From positions 1 to 38,034 of the forward strand of contig CALZZH010000001.1 of the NCBI GenBank assembly GCA_945830595.1: DNA of 38,034 nucleotides, read 5' to 3'. The notes beneath the pieces are model-generated. The model saw nothing but the letters and a program-made list of their open reading frames with translations, was not told the origin of the DNA and made no database searches. A program made the position numbers and the translations under genes. Below are positions 35,382 to 38,034 of this stretch, in pieces (the first letter of the stretch is position 1; each line of letters opens with the position of its first letter). The DNA comes from an uncultured Clostridia bacterium (lineage in GTDB: Bacteria; Bacillota; Clostridia; Oscillospirales; Oscillospiraceae).

Positions 35382-36623
35382 TCAGAATTGCACATGAAAC
35401 GCCACCTCCTGCGCCCCTTTACGAGGATTTTCAAAAGATAATACCGATGCCCTGCGAATGGCGTCCTCGCCATATTTTTCCCGGATCCCATCGACCGCTG
35501 TATCCAGCTTTTCCAGGCGGTCATACCGAACTGTGTCAAACATACTGTATTGCCGGTAAGAATCGTGCGAAACTTTACTCAGCTGGACCCCCATCTGACG
35601 CAAAGGCGTCCTGCGGTCCCAAATCTCTTCCAAAATCCGGCAGGCAGCTTCATAAATTTCTGTCGTCCCGTTGGTCGCAGAAGGGAGCTGCCGCTGACTG
35701 GAGAAACTCTCAAATTGCGATGTCCGCAGCTGCACAGTCACGCAGCGTCCAGTCTGGCCGTCACGCCGCATACGAGCCGCTACGGTCTCACAGAGGGAAA
35801 GCAGAACCTGTTGTCCATACGCCAGATCTGTGACATCCCAGGGCGTCGTCATGGCATTCCCATAGCCTTTATTATCCGCTGCCACAGGTTGCAGCGGGTC
35901 TGCATTGCGTCCATTGGCCAGATGCCAAATCGTCTCTCCATGTTTGTGCAGCTTCCGCCGTAAATCCCCAACTTCTGCATGAGCCAATTCCCCAATGGTA
36001 TAGATCCCCATTCGATGAAGCTTCTTTTCCGTGGCATTGCCTACATAAAATAGCTCCCGCACCGGCAGCGGCCACAGTTTTTCTTCAATCTCCCAGGGGA
36101 ACAATGTCAGCACTTTATCCGGTTTTTCCAACTCCCCTGCCATTTTTGCCAGCATTTTGTTGGAAGAAATCCCGATATTCACTGTGAAGCCCAGTTCCCG
36201 TTTGATGCGCTCCTTGAGCCACTGAGCCGCAAGCACCGGGCTGCCGTAGAGCCGCTGCGTGCCGGTCATATCCACCCAGGCCTCATCGATGGAAAACTGC
36301 TCCACCACCGGCGAGACGTCCCGAAGCAAGGCCATCAGCTTGCGGGAGGCGGAAATATACAAATTGTAGTCCGGTTCTGCCACGACGAGATCCGGACATT
36401 TCTCTCGGGCCATCCCCAACGGCTCCCCTGTCTGGATGCCATATTTCTTTGCCGCCATACTCTTTGCCAGCACAATGCTCCGCCGGCTGTCCTTCTGCCC
36501 CGCAATGACCGAAGGTACCTGCCGCAGGTCAAACTCCTCCCCCAGAACGTTGCAGCGGTAGGCTGCCGTCCAGGACAAGAAAGCGCTGTTGACATCGATA
36601 TGAAAAATAATCCGTTCCGCCAT
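35382..36623 (-). CDS. Y-family translesion DNA polymerase, UmuC/ImpB-like
   Basis: 413 aa. MAERIIFHIDVNSAFLSW...AKKYGIQTGEP...QFSIDEAWVDMTG...ISSNKMLAKMA. The D-V-N catalytic motif is as in UmuC-type enzymes. Confidence 0.9.
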   Translation of the reverse strand: MAERIIFHIDVNSAFLSWTAAYRCNVLGEEFDLRQVPSVIAGQKDSRRSIVLAKSMAAKKYGIQTGEPLGMAREKCPDLVVAEPDYNLYISASRKLMALLRDVSPVVEQFSIDEAWVDMTGTQRLYGSPVLAAQWLKERIKRELGFTVNIGISSNKMLAKMAGELEKPDKVLTLFPWEIEEKLWPLPVRELFYVGNATEKKLHRMGIYTIGELAHAEVGDLRRKLHKHGETIWHLANGRNADPLQPVAADNKGYGNAMTTPWDVTDLAYGQQVLLSLCETVAARMRRDGQTGRCVTVQLRTSQFESFSSQRQLPSATNGTTEIYEAACRILEEIWDRRTPLRQMGVQLSKVSHDSYRQYSMFDTVRYDRLEKLDTAVDGIREKYGEDAIRRASVLSFENPRKGAQEVAFHVQF

Positions 36624-36632
36624 GGCCGCACC

Positions 36633-36902
36633 TCAGTAGAGTTTCCGAAACAGAACCCATCTGTGGGTCTGTATCGTGTATTTCAGTTCGTACAGATGCT
36701 CTTTTCCATCTGCCTTTGCTTTGCACAGATAAAGGATGGCCGCAATGCCCACAAATTCCACCTCCCGGCTATCCGTGACTTGTTCAATGTGTACCGTGTG
36801 AATCTGATGCTGCCCATCCTCATATCGAAACCGCAGAGGGCGCAGCTCTCCTTCGGCATCGCAATGAACGATAACCTGAATCGGCAAATTCTGCGCGTCC
36901 AT
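36633..36902 (-). CDS. hypothetical 89-aa protein, translationally coupled to the Y-family polymerase
   Basis: This is the 3' part of track ORF 36633..37562. ATG 36902 lies 6 nt after GAGGTG. MDAQNLPIQVIVHCDAEGELRPLRFRYEDGQHQIHTVHIEQVTDSREVEFVGIAAILYLCKAKADGKEHLYELKYTIQTHRWVLFRKLY. Its stop is 9 nt before the polymerase ATG. Confidence 0.65.
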   Translation of the reverse strand: MDAQNLPIQVIVHCDAEGELRPLRFRYEDGQHQIHTVHIEQVTDSREVEFVGIAAILYLCKAKADGKEHLYELKYTIQTHRWVLFRKLY

Positions 36903-36918
36903 ACTTTTCACCTCTATT

Positions 36919-36932
36919 AAAACATTTGTTCG
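36919..36932 (-). promoter_or_regulatory. LexA (Cheo/SOS) box, proximal
   Basis: Minus strand CGAACAAATGTTTT matches the Firmicute consensus CGAACRNRYGTTYC at 13 of 14 positions. It lies 17-30 nt upstream of the small-ORF ATG. Confidence 0.65.
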
Positions 36933-36942
36933 AATATATGAT

Positions 36943-36956
36943 AGCACAGATGTTCG
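36943..36956 (-). promoter_or_regulatory. LexA-like box, distal (weaker)
   Basis: Minus strand CGAACATCTGTGCT has a perfect CGAAC half-site and a degenerate second half (GTGC). Confidence 0.4.
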
Positions 36957-37055
36957 AAAAACACAAGCAGTTCCAGTCCGGTAAAAGTCCCCAATTCCAT
37001 ACAGCCAACCGCAATCATCGCCAGAATATTTCCTCTTTTCTTTTGCCGGGAAATA

Positions 37056-37064
37056 TGCTATACT
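37056..37064 (+). promoter_or_regulatory. candidate extended -10 promoter of smpB
   Basis: TGcTATACT lies 25 nt upstream of the smpB ATG. The -35 region is poor. Confidence 0.4.
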
Positions 37065-37088
37065 AAGTACCCAGCGAGGTGAACCGGA

Positions 37089-37556
37089 ATGGCTAAGGAC
37101 GGCGTCAAGATTGTTGCCAAGAACAACAAAGCCCATCATGAATATTTCATTGAGGAAAAATTTGAAGCCGGCATTGAGCTGTTCGGAACCGAAGTGAAAT
37201 CCATCCGACAGGGCACCATGCACCTTAAAGAGGCCTGGTGCCAGGTCAAGGACGGCGAATTGTGGATCAAGCAGATGCACATCAGCCCCTATGAGCAGGG
37301 CAACATCTTCAACAAGGATCCCCTGCGGCCCCGCCGGCTGCTGATGCATAAACGGGAGATCAACTACCTGTTCGGCAAGGTCAAGCAGGACGGCTACTCC
37401 CTCATTCCCCTGTCGGTCTACTTCCGCGGCTCCCGGGTCAAGGTGGAAGTGGCTCTGTGCAAAGGCAAAAAGCTCTATGACAAACGAGAAGACGCGGCCA
37501 AAAAGGATGCCAAACGGCAGATGGACCGCGTTATGAAGGAAAGGAACGTGCACTAA
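37089..37556 (+). CDS. smpB: SsrA-binding protein SmpB
   Basis: 155 aa. ...[35 protein letters not shown]...HISPYEQGN...[15 protein letters not shown]...[11 protein letters not shown]...[16 protein letters not shown]. Confidence 0.95.
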   Translation: MAKDGVKIVAKNNKAHHEYFIEEKFEAGIELFGTEVKSIRQGTMHLKEAWCQVKDGELWIKQMHISPYEQGNIFNKDPLRPRRLLMHKREINYLFGKVKQDGYSLIPLSVYFRGSRVKVEVALCKGKKLYDKREDAAKKDAKRQMDRVMKERNVH

Positions 37557-38004
37557 TGGCAAATCCCATTGTCACCATCGAAATGGAAAACGGCGGCAAA
37601 ATCGTCGCCGAACTGTATCCCGAAACTGCGCCCCAGTCGGTTCGCAATTTCATCTCCCTGGCCAATAAAGGCTTCTACAATGGTCTGATCTTCCACCGGG
37701 TCATCTCTGGTTTCATGATCCAGGGCGGCTGCCCCGAGGGCACCGGCATGGGCGGCCCCGGCTACTGCATCAAGGGTGAGTTCCAGCTCAACGGCGTGAA
37801 GAATCCCCTCTCCCACAAGCGAGGCGTTCTGTCCATGGCCAGAGCCCAGGCTCCCAACTCCGGCGGCAGCCAGTTCTTCATCATGCATGAGGACGGCGAC
37901 TTCCTGGACGGCCAGTACGCTGCCTTTGGTAAAGTCACTGAAGGCATGGACGTGGTGGACGCCATCGCCGCTGTCAAAACCAACAGTCAGGATCGTCCTC
38001 TCAC
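37556..38004 (+). CDS. cyclophilin-type peptidyl-prolyl cis-trans isomerase (3' end missing)
   Basis: Absent from the ORF track because there is no stop. The ATG overlaps the smpB stop (TAATG). My translation is [76 protein letters not shown]...SGGSQFFIMHEDGDFLDGQYAAFGKV... The reading frame runs into adapter sequence at 38005. Confidence 0.9.
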
Positions 38005-38034
38005 CTGTCTCTTATACACATCTGACGCTGCCGA
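38005..38034. other. Nextera/Tn5 mosaic-end adapter (non-biological sequence)
   Basis: ctgtctcttatacacatctgacgctgccga is identical to the first 30 nt of the reverse complement of the Nextera read-1 adapter TCGTCGGCAGCGTCAGATGTGTATAAGAGACAG. Confidence 0.95.

Noticed and set aside
36903-37562. The upstream 220 codons of the 309-aa minus-strand ORF 36633-37562.
   Set aside because: This part is antisense to smpB and runs through the LexA boxes and promoter region. Only the last 89 codons, starting at an SD-preceded ATG (36902), are credible.
1-38034. Scan for tRNA, rRNA, tmRNA, CRISPR arrays, transposases, integrases, prophage genes and toxin-antitoxin pairs.
   Set aside because: I recognised none. 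There are no T-loop GGTTCGAATCC-type motifs in tRNA context, no spaced direct-repeat arrays and no recombinase-like ORFs. tmRNA is not adjacent to smpB in this window.

Overview
This is a 38-kb chromosomal segment from a spore-forming Firmicute. The Clostridia-like taxon is an inference from gene content, and GC looks moderately high by eye. The window is gene-dense (about 38 protein genes), and I saw no rRNA, tRNA, CRISPR array or transposase. Most of it is housekeeping: a truncated CwlD-like amidase, the cotJ spore-coat operon, a xanthine-type NCS2 permease, addBA, rpe, purine-salvage genes (a PRTase and an AzgA-type permease), a SleC-like cortex-hydrolase locus, a multidomain flavodiiron protein, cca, murC, a MATE pump, ruvX, the rpmG-secE-nusG-rplKAJL cluster with an L10 leader/attenuator, smpB and a truncated cyclophilin. 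Four modules are poorly understood: (i) an xpaC-telA-TPM-GNAT operon; (ii) an esterase-esterase-ATP-grasp-GNAT operon sitting where rpoBC normally follows rplL; (iii) an operon preceded by LexA boxes that couples an unassigned 89-aa protein to a UmuC-like Y-family polymerase; (iv) a PRTase plus HTH/TPR regulator, followed by a DUF4430 and ECF-S-component-like pair. Four anomalies stand out: the SleC-like gene is split by one in-frame TGA and one T5-run frame change; CotJA and CotJB are fused; AddB has a degenerate Walker A; and the last 30 nt of the window are Nextera adapter, so that end is a contig-end artefact. Novelty cannot be proven from sequence alone. The best follow-up candidates are (iii), (ii), the SleC split and (i).
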